Position numbers and translations under genes: made by a program
Shown here: positions 41,959 through 51,482 of the stretch, one piece after another
How positions within the stretch are numbered: position 1 is the stretch's first letter
Layout of the letters: the number at the start of each line of letters is the position of its first letter
Assembly (NCBI GenBank): GCA_937139035.1
Contig: CAKZPK010000024.1
Location: 3,625-67,624, forward strand
Origin: an uncultured Crocinitomix sp.
GTDB lineage: Bacteria; Bacteroidota; Bacteroidia; Flavobacteriales_D; Crocinitomicaceae
DNA length: 64,000 nt
Reading direction: 5' to 3'
Notes under the pieces: generated by a model
Database searches by the model: none
The model's input: the letters and a program-made list of their open reading frames with translations, nothing else
Told to the model about the DNA's origin: nothing

Positions 41959-42462
41959 TTATAATGAATTTAAAAATGTTTCTTTTTTTGATCGCTCAGT
42001 TTCCAATATTGCAATCATTGCAGATTGCAGAGCGTTATAGAACCCATCAACTCGCTGAGCGCTCATTTGATAATTTACCGCTGCCATTGTCGGCACATTT
42101 GTGGTGCTGTACGCTCCAGCTTTGTATAACGAGTATATTCTTTCCCAATGCTGTTGATAAATAGGATCTAAACTAAATTGATTTTGATCATAGGTGAATC
42201 CAGCAAGCATTGCCTCTTTAGTTTCACGTTCTATTTTAGAAAATTCGGATTCTGTTAAAACGTCATTTATTTCTTGTTGACCAGCAGCATCAATTGCAGC
42301 CGTCGTAAGCTGATCACTGACAATAACATACTCATGCCCGGCAGGAAGAGGTGGAATTGTTTCCAGGATTAATTTAAAATCCAGATATTGATCTGCATTT
42401 GGTGGTACAGGATTCATGATGATTGCTTTTCCTGATCCGTTGTCTGTTATAAAATAGTTCAT
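41959..42462 (-). CDS. Putative tail fibre assembly protein (DUF4376-like)
   Basis: GFTYDQNQFSLD pattern and helical C-terminus; position. Confidence 0.5.
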   Translation of the reverse strand: MNYFITDNGSGKAIIMNPVPPNADQYLDFKLILETIPPLPAGHEYVIVSDQLTTAAIDAAGQQEINDVLTESEFSKIERETKEAMLAGFTYDQNQFSLDPIYQQHWERIYSLYKAGAYSTTNVPTMAAVNYQMSAQRVDGFYNALQSAMIAILETERSKKETFLNSL

Positions 42463-42473
42463 CTGTATAAATT

Positions 42474-42878
42474 TTAGATTACATAAGCCCAACCAGAGCT
42501 TACTCTGATTACAACAATTGAAGAGTTGTGTACAAGGAAATTCCCTATATCATACAAAAATGGCAATGGTAGTGGTCCACCAGCTGAGAAGAATATTTTA
42601 GCCTGATCCGCGATTTTAGCATCAACTTCAGCTTCTAATTCAGGAATGTTCGCGAGACGTGCAAGGGCATAAATAGCTGCCTTTGTGAGAAATGGGTTCA
42701 TGTATTTATCTGTCACGAGACCAGCCTCAGCCTCACCAACTTCTGCGAATGCTCCAATTGCCAAATCTAAATCATCATCAACATGCACGAATGCGTCAAT
42801 AAATTCTTCAAACTCCGCCTCTGTTGGTTTAAGGCCATTTTGGAAGTATGTCTTTAATACTGCTTTTGTAGTTGCCAT
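42474..42878 (-). CDS. Short tail-fibre N-terminal-type protein
   Basis: LKTYFQNGLKPTEAEF..FID.F.H motif recalled from Bacteroidota phage fibre N-termini. Confidence 0.6.
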   Translation of the reverse strand: MATTKAVLKTYFQNGLKPTEAEFEEFIDAFVHVDDDLDLAIGAFAEVGEAEAGLVTDKYMNPFLTKAAIYALARLANIPELEAEVDAKIADQAKIFFSAGGPLPLPFLYDIGNFLVHNSSIVVIRVSSGWAYVI

Positions 42879-43279
42879 TAGTAAAAGTTTAATTCGTACC
42901 TACGTCCAATAGGTGTGATGTTATTTAAAAAGATTAGTATTTCATTTTCATGAGCAATTGCTGTGTCCGGAACATTTACTTTAAAATGTCCAATCGCAAC
43001 ATCAGATATATAAACACCATAATCAAGACTTGTGATGTTTTTGATGTGATGCTCCATAACCATTACTTGAGGAGTAAGGTTAATTTTAGATTTTGTGCTT
43101 TTACGAAAATCTTTGAATTCACTCAAAAGTGAATCAAATGGTTTCAGGATAGCTTTAATAAAGAAAAACTTACCAGTTTCCTTATCTTCAAATCCACCGT
43201 CACCATCAGGAACCTTAACGTATCGCCATGATGGTGGAAGTATTTGTTTTATTAATATGTTAATATCAACGAAGTACAT
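42878..43279 (-). CDS. Baseplate wedge protein (gpI-like)
   Basis: Follows the J-like gene; ILPP and PIGRRY motifs. Confidence 0.6.
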   Translation of the reverse strand: MYFVDINILIKQILPPSWRYVKVPDGDGGFEDKETGKFFFIKAILKPFDSLLSEFKDFRKSTKSKINLTPQVMVMEHHIKNITSLDYGVYISDVAIGHFKVNVPDTAIAHENEILIFLNNITPIGRRYELNFY

Positions 43280-44066
43280 AAGTCAGTATTGAGGTATCGT
43301 CAAGTGCAATGTGTCCGGCGTTTGAATCTACCTTGTAAGTAAAGCTGATGTCATTGAGTGTTTTTGAGGCAATATAAAACGCATCAACCCCCTCAACCTC
43401 CATAACTTGATCAATTAGCTTGGAGATATAAAAAGTACCCCCAAAATCAAAGTTCTTGAGGTAATTGGAAATTGTTTCTTCAACAGGAAAGGTTCCAGGA
43501 CTTGAAATTAACTCACCGGCGTCTGTATATAGAATTGGATCTAATTCAATTGTTGCAGTAAGTTTTAAAACATCAGCTTCCAGAGTTTGGATGTCCAGAG
43601 CTGTACCAGGTACCTTTTTACGATTCATGTATGCCGAAAAACCTGAATGCTCAGTTGCGTCTAAAGGAATGAGATCTCCAGCCACTTCTTTCACAACACG
43701 AACTTGCAAAACCAAATCAGGATCCTCTTTGATTGAAACCCGTTTAACAATTTGCAGATCTGGATCTACTTCCAAATAGACCAGGCGATTGTTTTGAATA
43801 ACCAAACTGTCTCCATGTTGATATTGGGATGCAGTATCAAGGTACCATTCTATTCCTCCAACCTCAGTTGTATCAATTAATGCCTCAACCTCTTCTTTGT
43901 GTTTAGCAAATAGTTTCTTAATTTCTAATATGAACAATGCAAATACTTGTTTTGCAAACGTCCAAAAAGCAACTAATGATGTGTTTGATTCCAATTCATC
44001 AAGTTCAGTATGCAAATCTGCTTCTGCTTGAATTTCATCTAATATTTCACTTAAATCTTCAGCCAT
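43266..44066 (-). CDS. Baseplate J-like protein
   Basis: WY....YQ.GD, K.PGT, YL....FGG.F....LID....V.GV. Confidence 0.7.
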   Translation of the reverse strand: MAEDLSEILDEIQAEADLHTELDELESNTSLVAFWTFAKQVFALFILEIKKLFAKHKEEVEALIDTTEVGGIEWYLDTASQYQHGDSLVIQNNRLVYLEVDPDLQIVKRVSIKEDPDLVLQVRVVKEVAGDLIPLDATEHSGFSAYMNRKKVPGTALDIQTLEADVLKLTATIELDPILYTDAGELISSPGTFPVEETISNYLKNFDFGGTFYISKLIDQVMEVEGVDAFYIASKTLNDISFTYKVDSNAGHIALDDTSILTYVLR

Positions 44067-44067
44067 G

Positions 44068-44346
44068 TTAACTTACTATAAAATCATTTTCAATTTTCCA
44101 ATAACCAATTCCTTCACCCCTTGCTTTTTCCGCTGTGGCAATTACATTTTGCGACAAATATTCTTTCATTGGTCCATTAATCCTTACATCTCGAATTTGA
44201 ATTTCCTCTCCCGGATGAAGGTTGTCGGTAATTCCCAATAAAGTTGGATTATCCTCCACAATAAAGAATACACCTTCAACGTCTCCATATTCCTGAAGAG
44301 CAATGTCAGCAATTGTCTGATTATGTTTTGCTTTAATAATTCGCAT
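44068..44346 (-). CDS. LysM-like tail protein (gpX-like)
   Basis: QTIADIALQEYG...NP...L.PG; GIGYW.I. Confidence 0.7.
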   Translation of the reverse strand: MRIIKAKHNQTIADIALQEYGDVEGVFFIVEDNPTLLGITDNLHPGEEIQIRDVRINGPMKEYLSQNVIATAEKARGEGIGYWKIENDFIVS

Positions 44347-44602
44347 TCGTTCTTATTTTCCCATCATTTGTGATTTCAATGTCCACTACATTCATTCCAT
44401 CACGCACAAACTCCGCACTAATTGAAGTCTTTAAAGTTTCAACTGTTGTTTCATCATCCAAATACCCCATAATTCCCACACCCAAATGCGGAGCGAATTT
44501 GTTCCATCCTTTTTCAAACATCATGATGTCCTTTTGATGCTGAAGAGTAGATTCTCCAATCTCACTTATTGTGTCATTATTTTCAAAGAGTAGATCTTTC
44601 AT
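44333..44602 (-). CDS. Baseplate W/gp25-like protein
   Basis: KGWNKFAPHLGVGI motif; position. Confidence 0.65.
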   Translation of the reverse strand: MKDLLFENNDTISEIGESTLQHQKDIMMFEKGWNKFAPHLGVGIMGYLDDETTVETLKTSISAEFVRDGMNVVDIEITNDGKIRTNANY

Positions 44603-45168
44603 TAATGCGTTATCTCATTGTTTTCTAAATCGGTGGCAACTGTCGGTGCTAAAGTTGATCCTGCCCATACAGCTGTCGCGGCTTTAAGCGCTGCACCACC
44701 ATCATTAGGAACAGGTGTCCAAGCTGGAGTTGCAAATATTGTTTTAAGGTTGTTTAAATCTGTTTTTAAGTCATTTATATCATCAGCTACACTTGCAGAA
44801 ATTACTAATCCGCCATTTCCACCGCCATTCAATTCTAGTCCATTTTCATCAGCGATAAGTTCAAGCCCTGGCATTTTTATAGTCACCTTTTGAACCTCGT
44901 CTATTGCAAGTATTACAAGTGAGTTAATGTCGTTTCCAATTTGACCTACCAACACATTTGTTCCCTCTTTTGGTTGGATAACAATACCTTTATCATTCGA
45001 TTCTGTTGAAGTATATTGAACATCATTGAGTACAATATCATCCGCCGTAGATCGAATAGAACATGACGTGTCTCCAGCAGTTTCAACAACAGCTTGAAAA
45101 ATGGTAACAGTCTCATTTGTGAGAATATTATCCTTTAGCATTTTTATGAATTGTTGCTCTTTTGTCAT
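44602..45168 (-). CDS. Baseplate spike (gpV/Mu gp45-like)
   Basis: OB-fold PKEGTNVLV; LNGG.NGGLV; PNDGGAALK; terminal H. Confidence 0.7.
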   Translation of the reverse strand: MTKEQQFIKMLKDNILTNETVTIFQAVVETAGDTSCSIRSTADDIVLNDVQYTSTESNDKGIVIQPKEGTNVLVGQIGNDINSLVILAIDEVQKVTIKMPGLELIADENGLELNGGGNGGLVISASVADDINDLKTDLNNLKTIFATPAWTPVPNDGGAALKAATAVWAGSTLAPTVATDLENNEITH

Positions 45169-46124
45169 GCTACTTTAATTGATGGTACCACTTTTCTTTT
45201 TCCGCCATTCTTATCAAATGTTGTTGTGACAGCTGACGTATAATAAACTCCTTGCCTTGATACATAATCAGGATCCAACATATCTGCACTTGCACCAGTT
45301 GTTATATAAGGCAATAACCATGTAGTAAAATCACCCTCGTAACCAGTAAACCGGTGTTTAATTATTTCTTCCTCTCCAATTTTTTTTAATGCTTCAGGGT
45401 CATGAACATTATACCGGTGAACAGTAATTTTATCTCCACCCTTTTCTCCAACTTCAACTTTCACTTTTTTGTTCTCCCGATCGATACCTACAACCTCGAC
45501 AAGTACTTTCTTGTCAGCTTCATGCAAATACTTTAAGTTTGAGCTTTGCACATTTTTGGCAAAATCATATTTAACCTTTCCAGTATTATAGGTGTACTGG
45601 AGATAAACATGAAGCTCCGTTCCTTTCATGAAAATATGAAGCCCGGTTTCTTCCTTGATTTTCTTCAATACATCATAACCGGTTGCTTCATTGATTGTGA
45701 ACTTGTCATACTTGAGAATATCTACTCCCTCACCAGCAACCATTTTAATTCCTGGTAATTGATTAATCACATCCTGAATGATAGCAGTTGCATCTGTATT
45801 TTGGTATTGCTTATTTTCAACCTCTTTTCGTGTCAAAAACATGCTATCCTCACATTCAATAATGATCGTGTTATCAGTTGCAATACTTGATATAAATCCG
45901 TTGAATTCTTCAAATAGATACCCCTCATATCCTAACTTGATGGTCACAGCATCACCCCGTTTGATTTTGCTTTCAATTTCGAGAGCTTGACCATAGGCCA
46001 TGCCGGGCAACTTAATTGTAGCCGAATCAGATAGTTTATCAACGTCTTTTCTCACCTGACACGATATGAGGTGATTAAGTTTAAACTTACCAAGCGTTAT
46101 TTCAGATACCATTACTCTAATCAT
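45165..46124 (-). CDS. Baseplate hub (gpD/Mu gp44-like)
   Basis: DSATIKLP, V.I.LGY, F.G.I, ECED.M, GYEG. Confidence 0.8.
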   Translation of the reverse strand: MIRVMVSEITLGKFKLNHLISCQVRKDVDKLSDSATIKLPGMAYGQALEIESKIKRGDAVTIKLGYEGYLFEEFNGFISSIATDNTIIIECEDSMFLTRKEVENKQYQNTDATAIIQDVINQLPGIKMVAGEGVDILKYDKFTINEATGYDVLKKIKEETGLHIFMKGTELHVYLQYTYNTGKVKYDFAKNVQSSNLKYLHEADKKVLVEVVGIDRENKKVKVEVGEKGGDKITVHRYNVHDPEALKKIGEEEIIKHRFTGYEGDFTTWLLPYITTGASADMLDPDYVSRQGVYYTSAVTTTFDKNGGKRKVVPSIKVA

Positions 46125-46699
46125 GTCTCAATTAATAATGAATCAAACAATTGGTCAGAATAAGCATTGATGGTAAACTTTTGAATAGCAATTCCTGTTG
46201 AGTGTGGAATATCAACATTCTCAATTGCCAAATACTCAATATCAAAAATTCGGAAAACAGGACATTCAACTTTGATGGATCCGCGATATGTTAAAAATCG
46301 TTTTAAACTTTGCAGCTGATCTTCAGGATATCGATTATTAGTTAAGTCGAGTAAAGCGCCTTTGATTATTAATCGATAATCATCACGCCCCCAACTTTCT
46401 TTTATAGATCCGGATCCGTTGTTGTGTTTTGGATATTTGCGAATAACCTTATTGGCCATGCGAAGTGAAACTATTGGTTCAAAAGGAAAATCCCATTCAA
46501 AACCAGGAATCGAAAATTTAACCGGCATGATCATTTCTTTACCAACCCAATCTTTCTTGAATTGATTCGAAAAGGATTCAACAGTTCCTAAAGGACTTGA
46601 TGGAATAAATGCGTTTGCATTTCCTGCTTCAGGAAATGGAGGGCCAACATATCCGTAGAGTTGCTGATAAAGTAAATTTATGTCAAATTCATTCGCCAT
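46121..46699 (-). CDS. Tail tube initiator-like protein (DUF6046-like)
   Basis: GSIKESW..DDY...IKG, YP, AYSD. Confidence 0.7.
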   Translation of the reverse strand: MANEFDINLLYQQLYGYVGPPFPEAGNANAFIPSSPLGTVESFSNQFKKDWVGKEMIMPVKFSIPGFEWDFPFEPIVSLRMANKVIRKYPKHNNGSGSIKESWGRDDYRLIIKGALLDLTNNRYPEDQLQSLKRFLTYRGSIKVECPVFRIFDIEYLAIENVDIPHSTGIAIQKFTINAYSDQLFDSLLIET

Positions 46700-48684
46700 T
46701 ATTGTCCTACTGCTTTAAAAGTTCCGTGTAATCGACGAGTAAATTCATCCATTACCATGTCCGTGAGCTCGTCTGCTGATTGTTGACCGTCACTCACATA
46801 TTGATTTACTGTTTCTAATACTTTGTCAATTTGAACATTGAGTATAAACTGCTTTTTACCTCCAGTTGCAATGGCCTCTGTAGTTTCTTCAACTCCGTCA
46901 GTTTCTTCGTTGAATGCACCAGGTGTATTAAGAGCCTGTTCTTCAGCAATACGATCATCCTTTCTTTTCTTCTTACTTTCTTCAGCTGCAATTAATCGTT
47001 GACGAGCTTCATCCATCAATGTCAAACGCTGGTCATCCGTCATGTCCAGGTTCGATATACGGTTTGAAAAGATTTTCATCTTTTCATCAATGCTACCGTT
47101 GATCAAAGAGAGTTGATAGATACCATCATCCAATCGCTCATCTTTAGTCCTATTATCATCTCCAACATCAATACCGAGCGAACGGCGCATGTTTTTTATT
47201 GTAAGCGCACTATCCCCAGCAATGTCACCAAGTCCTGGAATGTAACTGGCCAATTCTAATAAATACTGTAAAGGCGCGAGCATAAAATCAATAAGCATAA
47301 CACCTATGGCCTTAATGCCCTCCATTATACCACCCATTGAAAAGGCTTCTTTTATTCGTTTCCAATGATCACCAAACGTTACGATTAGTTTTATCAAAAA
47401 GGACAATGGTCCGGAAACAACAATAAGTCGATCTTTCCATTCATCATACTTTTTAACGACAGCTGCAATACCGGCAATTAGTAAAGCTATTCCTGCTACA
47501 ATTAAACCAATTGGATTAGCATTTAGAGCAATATTCAAAAGCCATTGTTTGGCAGTTAGTATTCCTGTCCAAAACGCCTGGCCCTTCATTGAGATTGCAG
47601 CCCACCATGCCTGACCTTTTAAAGCAAGTACTAAGGCAACTACCGCGACACCTAAAGGAATAAGAACGTCCAAATTTCTTTTGATCATTCCAGGGAACTT
47701 ACCAAGCCAACTAATAGTCTGAATTGCGAAGTCAACTATTTTACCTAAAACAGGCGCAAGTTTCTCGGCAGTTTTAGCGATTCCTGACTGTAGTTTTCCC
47801 ATAAAGGTACTCCACTTTCCACCTAATGATTGACTTTGCTTTTCCATCATGCCCTGGAACATTCCTCCTTCAGAGGTAGCAGATATAAAGGCGTTTTCAA
47901 CCATTTGGGCTGAGATTGCCCCTTGACTCATTCGGTCCCTGAGCACAGCCATACTTTCACCGGTAGTTCGGGCTATCTCCTGAAGGGGATTAAATCCAGC
48001 ATTAATCATCTGCATTAGATCCTGCCCTTGAAGTTTACCAGCACTGCTAACTTGAGCAAAGGCCAGTGTCAATGAATTCATTTTTTCAGCGTTACCTCCA
48101 GACACATCTCCAAGTCGTTGAAGTGTTGGTATAACTCTCTCCTGAGCAAAGCCAAAGTTTAAAAGAAGTTTTGTATTTTCTTGAAGGACAGAATTGGAGA
48201 AAGGAGTCATATTAGCGAACTCATCAACATCCGCCAATAGTTCATTTCCTTTTTCAATACTGCCAGTTAAAGTCTGGAAACTGATTCTTGTTTGTTCAAG
48301 ATCAGCTCCTAATCGTGCAAAACCTGTAAATGCACCAAATAATAAGAAAGAGGAAATCAGCCCCTTTGCCGATCTCAAACGAGATAAAAAACCGTCTGGG
48401 GGCTGATCCCTCAATTTGTCTAATTGCTTTTCAGTTTGCCGAATCTCTTGATTGTATTGTCTTATTTCCTTGGTGGAAAATGCAACGTCTCGTTTTTGAG
48501 AGAGGCTTGTTAAGCGTTTTTCTAATTGTTGAATATTGTTTGGAATCCGACCTGAAGTTGCAAGAAAATCCCTTTGACCACGGTTTAAACGGTTAAAAAG
48601 TTGGGTAGCTGCATTGCCAGCGCGAGCAAATGCACGACTCATCAGGTCTTTTACCCGCAACTCGTATGTGTAACCGTCTGCCAT
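46699..48684 (-). CDS. Tape measure protein
   Basis: FANMTPF, GKLQGQDL.Q.INAG, ANPIGL repeats. Confidence 0.9.
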   Translation of the reverse strand: MADGYTYELRVKDLMSRAFARAGNAATQLFNRLNRGQRDFLATSGRIPNNIQQLEKRLTSLSQKRDVAFSTKEIRQYNQEIRQTEKQLDKLRDQPPDGFLSRLRSAKGLISSFLLFGAFTGFARLGADLEQTRISFQTLTGSIEKGNELLADVDEFANMTPFSNSVLQENTKLLLNFGFAQERVIPTLQRLGDVSGGNAEKMNSLTLAFAQVSSAGKLQGQDLMQMINAGFNPLQEIARTTGESMAVLRDRMSQGAISAQMVENAFISATSEGGMFQGMMEKQSQSLGGKWSTFMGKLQSGIAKTAEKLAPVLGKIVDFAIQTISWLGKFPGMIKRNLDVLIPLGVAVVALVLALKGQAWWAAISMKGQAFWTGILTAKQWLLNIALNANPIGLIVAGIALLIAGIAAVVKKYDEWKDRLIVVSGPLSFLIKLIVTFGDHWKRIKEAFSMGGIMEGIKAIGVMLIDFMLAPLQYLLELASYIPGLGDIAGDSALTIKNMRRSLGIDVGDDNRTKDERLDDGIYQLSLINGSIDEKMKIFSNRISNLDMTDDQRLTLMDEARQRLIAAEESKKKRKDDRIAEEQALNTPGAFNEETDGVEETTEAIATGGKKQFILNVQIDKVLETVNQYVSDGQQSADELTDMVMDEFTRRLHGTFKAVGQ

Positions 48685-48699
48685 TGTTTAATGCCGTTT

Positions 48700-48882
48700 T
48701 CATTCTGATTTTGATTCCTGTTGTCTGATATCACCTAACATTTTGAATTTTTGCGCCCATGAATGATCATCCAGTTTGTCCGGATCAATCGAAAGGTGAT
48801 ACTCCATCAGCGTGTCTACATAGAGAAGAAAGTTTGATTTTATATCTCCCTTTGCATCATTTATGAGCTGGACGTAAAACCC
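48700..48882 (-). CDS. Frameshift-accessed extension (gpT-like) of the tail assembly chaperone
   Basis: The -1 frame is open from slippery G GGT TTT (48882-48876) for 60 codons: GFYVQLIND...LMEYHLSIDPDKLDDHSWAQKF...KSE*. Confidence 0.75.
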   Translation of the reverse strand, partial: GFYVQLINDAKGDIKSNFLLYVDTLMEYHLSIDPDKLDDHSWAQKFKMLGDIRQQESKSE

Positions 48883-49232
48883 ATTACATCATTCAACCAA
48901 CCATTGAGTTCAATACAAACTCTAAAGAAGTATTTGTCTTCTGATTTCATTTTAGGGTTTCCTCCCAACCAACAACGGTTCAAAATAACTTCTCCTGGAG
49001 AAATGGGATCCACAGCTCCGTCAGCTCGTGTGAATTTTGCATTGGCAAATTTGATAGTTGCACGATCAGGTTTTCTGAAGTATCCAGTGACTCCTTCATC
49101 AATGACAGTTTCGTTACCTTCATCATCTACATCAACCTTTCGATCAAGTGTGATTACCTTAACTTTTTCATCTTCTTCCCACTCTTTGATTTGAGCTTTT
49201 GTTGGTTCTTTGCTGAATTTCTCGTTTTTCAT
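48861..49232 (-). CDS. Tail assembly chaperone (gpG-like)
   Basis: Between tube and tape measure; I.EW, YFRKPDR, CWLGG. Confidence 0.8.
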   Translation of the reverse strand: MKNEKFSKEPTKAQIKEWEEDEKVKVITLDRKVDVDDEGNETVIDEGVTGYFRKPDRATIKFANAKFTRADGAVDPISPGEVILNRCWLGGNPKMKSEDKYFFRVCIELNGWLNDVMGFTSSS

Positions 49233-49242
49233 TTGTTTTGTT

Positions 49243-49656
49243 TTACACGTTTAAGTCTATATCTAAGGCCATGAATGGAATCGACACTTTCATAAAAGCA
49301 TCAGAATTGCCCAGGGCTTTTTTGATCTTACCGAATTTGAAATGTTTAACAACATGCGTTCTTAAATTCAAATCACCTCTCGCATCAAACGTCCAGGTAA
49401 TATCAAAATAAGTCCGTTGTAAATCTTTGCCATAAGATTCTTCTAAGGCCTCTACTTCACTTTGCAATAGCTCTAAAGAACCACTTACTGTAAAGTTTTT
49501 TTCATTAATGAACTGGCCAAAACCGCCTTTGGCAAAACCGGTTTCATGTTCATATCCATACTCCACTTCAATTTTTGTGGCTTGGTAAAGGATTCTTCCA
49601 CCAACACTTAAGGTGATGTCGTTCCATGCATATTGTTCTGATCTAACTACTGCCAT
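49243..49656 (-). CDS. Tail tube protein
   Basis: YAWNDI, G.LELLQSEV..L, PFMALD; directly after the sheath gene. Confidence 0.8.
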   Translation of the reverse strand: MAVVRSEQYAWNDITLSVGGRILYQATKIEVEYGYEHETGFAKGGFGQFINEKNFTVSGSLELLQSEVEALEESYGKDLQRTYFDITWTFDARGDLNLRTHVVKHFKFGKIKKALGNSDAFMKVSIPFMALDIDLNV

Positions 49657-49659
49657 TGT

Positions 49660-50841
49660 TTATGAATTTGCAGGATTAAAATATCCCATGTCTATTTCAA
49701 TGTTTGTTTTGTATCCTACCGGTTGTGGTCGGAGTTTAATTTTTAAGATTCCAGTTGCTACAACGTTTTGATTTGGATCAATAAATGCTGTGAAGCCATC
49801 TAGTTCTCCTTTTGACACCATTTGAATATTAATGGCATTTTCAACTTTACCCTGGAGTTCCTTCAATACAATTGGAAGAATTGCTCCTGAAGCATCAACG
49901 CTAATTTCGTCATCAATCTCATTCACATAAACCTGATAAGCGATCATGATGGCTTTATCTATTACAAAACCTCTCGCAAAAGAACTGTAATCATCAGCTG
50001 TTGATGTTCCAGTTCTATCTGAAGTAAAGAAGTAACCAGCCTTACCGCCAAATGTTCTGAAAAAGATGTATCCTTTATCATGGATTGCATCCCATGAGTT
50101 CTCAAAAGTTTCTGTCGTAGACTCATCTGTAAAATAAGCAGCTGCAAGTCCAACATCTCCCGTTTTAACTCTTGAGGCTTTTCTTTGCACAGGAGTTCCT
50201 GCCCAACGGCCCATAAGTAAACCAATTGCAGCATTCGCTCCTGTAAGTTCACTTGCTCCAATGAGTACTCCACCGCGATTTTTTGTTTCTAAAGAATAAT
50301 CACGTAGATCTGCAACTGTGCCATTCCAATCTTTCCCGTCTACTAAAAAGCGGAAAGGTTTAAAGTTGTCAGCTGAAGACGAGGCGAATACTTGACCATT
50401 GATCATAGCATCATATACATCCTCATCAAGACCGTCTGCAATAGTTATTCCTGGAGCACTTTTACGACTCGCTGCCATTAAACGGATTCTACCACCAGCT
50501 GCATCTCTTAATTTTGGGCCATATACATCTGTCTCGTCATACATTTCAGCCATTGTAACCAATGAACTGGTAAGCATGATCCAAAGTTCTTTTCCAGAGC
50601 CAGCTTCAGTATAAAAATCTTTGATTTGAATGTATGGGTAAGCGTTTACGCCTGACTCCTCAATTCCTAATGCAATGGCATCATCCAATGAAAAAATTTG
50701 ATAAGCATTGCCAATTGTGACCTTGTCAGGACCAGCAACTGTTTGCCCAGTCATAATCATTCCGCCCACTCGGTCATCCGCAGTGGCAACGGATCCAATT
50801 GATCCATTTCCTAATATGTAACTTACTCCAGGTAAACTCAT
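49660..50841 (-). CDS. Tail sheath protein (DUF2586-like)
   Basis: KGYIFFR...G.AGYF, VIDKA, IDP.QNV, P.GY. Confidence 0.85.
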   Translation of the reverse strand: MSLPGVSYILGNGSIGSVATADDRVGGMIMTGQTVAGPDKVTIGNAYQIFSLDDAIALGIEESGVNAYPYIQIKDFYTEAGSGKELWIMLTSSLVTMAEMYDETDVYGPKLRDAAGGRIRLMAASRKSAPGITIADGLDEDVYDAMINGQVFASSSADNFKPFRFLVDGKDWNGTVADLRDYSLETKNRGGVLIGASELTGANAAIGLLMGRWAGTPVQRKASRVKTGDVGLAAAYFTDESTTETFENSWDAIHDKGYIFFRTFGGKAGYFFTSDRTGTSTADDYSSFARGFVIDKAIMIAYQVYVNEIDDEISVDASGAILPIVLKELQGKVENAINIQMVSKGELDGFTAFIDPNQNVVATGILKIKLRPQPVGYKTNIEIDMGYFNPANS

Positions 50842-51281
50842 AATTCTTTATTTCGGTGTTTCTTCTTTAAAAATGTTAAGTCCGCGTTTTTAGTAAGATC
50901 ACGAACAATCTTTTCAGCTGATCGGCCAACAACATATCCACCTAATCCAATTTGAAGTAGATCCCAAAAATTAGGTTCAAGCTCGGCGCTTGGTAATGAA
51001 AATGCTGGTGCCACAAACTTTGCATAAATGACAATTGAAGCAAATGCTAACATTACAATTGGTCTCCAGCTGCGCTGTAACCAGGTACCATTTGCCTCAG
51101 CAAGTAATACCTCCTTTTGATATCCAGCAATCTGTGTCAATTTATCGGTGACAATCTCTGCCAGTTTGTTTTTGGCTTCAAGGCGCTCTTGATCATTGGT
51201 AACAATTGAATCAATTGCTTCACCAATATTCTCTGTTAGTTCAGAGGCAGATCCTTTCAATATTTTGTCAAAAATTCCCAA
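50838..51281 (-). CDS. Holin (3TM holin family)
   Basis: EA....LQRSWRP, W.LL..GLGGYV.GRS.EK. Confidence 0.8.
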   Translation of the reverse strand: MGIFDKILKGSASELTENIGEAIDSIVTNDQERLEAKNKLAEIVTDKLTQIAGYQKEVLLAEANGTWLQRSWRPIVMLAFASIVIYAKFVAPAFSLPSAELEPNFWDLLQIGLGGYVVGRSAEKIVRDLTKNADLTFLKKKHRNKEL

Positions 51282-51284
51282 TTC

Positions 51285-51482
51285 TTACTTTTTGTTTTTT
51301 CGGTCCTTTACTTCCATCCATTTCAAATAGGCTGTTAATACACCCACTGTTAATCCGGCCAATGCAGCCAAAAATGATACTATTGGCGAAATCCAGTCTA
51401 TAAAAATTGCAGCTCCTCCAGTGGCGGAACTAACCGCGCCAATGATGGGTTTCTTCTGCAATAATAGACTGATACTTGTCAT
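51285..51482 (-). CDS. Small two-TM membrane protein (holin/antiholin candidate)
   Basis: Hydrophobic helices, basic C-tail; TAATG coupling to the amidase. Confidence 0.55.
   Translation of the reverse strand: MTSISLLLQKKPIIGAVSSATGGAAIFIDWISPIVSFLAALAGLTVGVLTAYLKWMEVKDRKNKK

Noticed and set aside
40528..42878. Diversity-generating retroelement or invertible fibre cassette
   Set aside because: No reverse transcriptase, invertase, TR/VR pair or flanking inverted repeats seen in the window
43266..50841. Sheath/tube/baseplate cluster as an eCIS, tailocin or T6SS
   Set aside because: Capsid, protease, terminase and portal are all present, so it is a prophage
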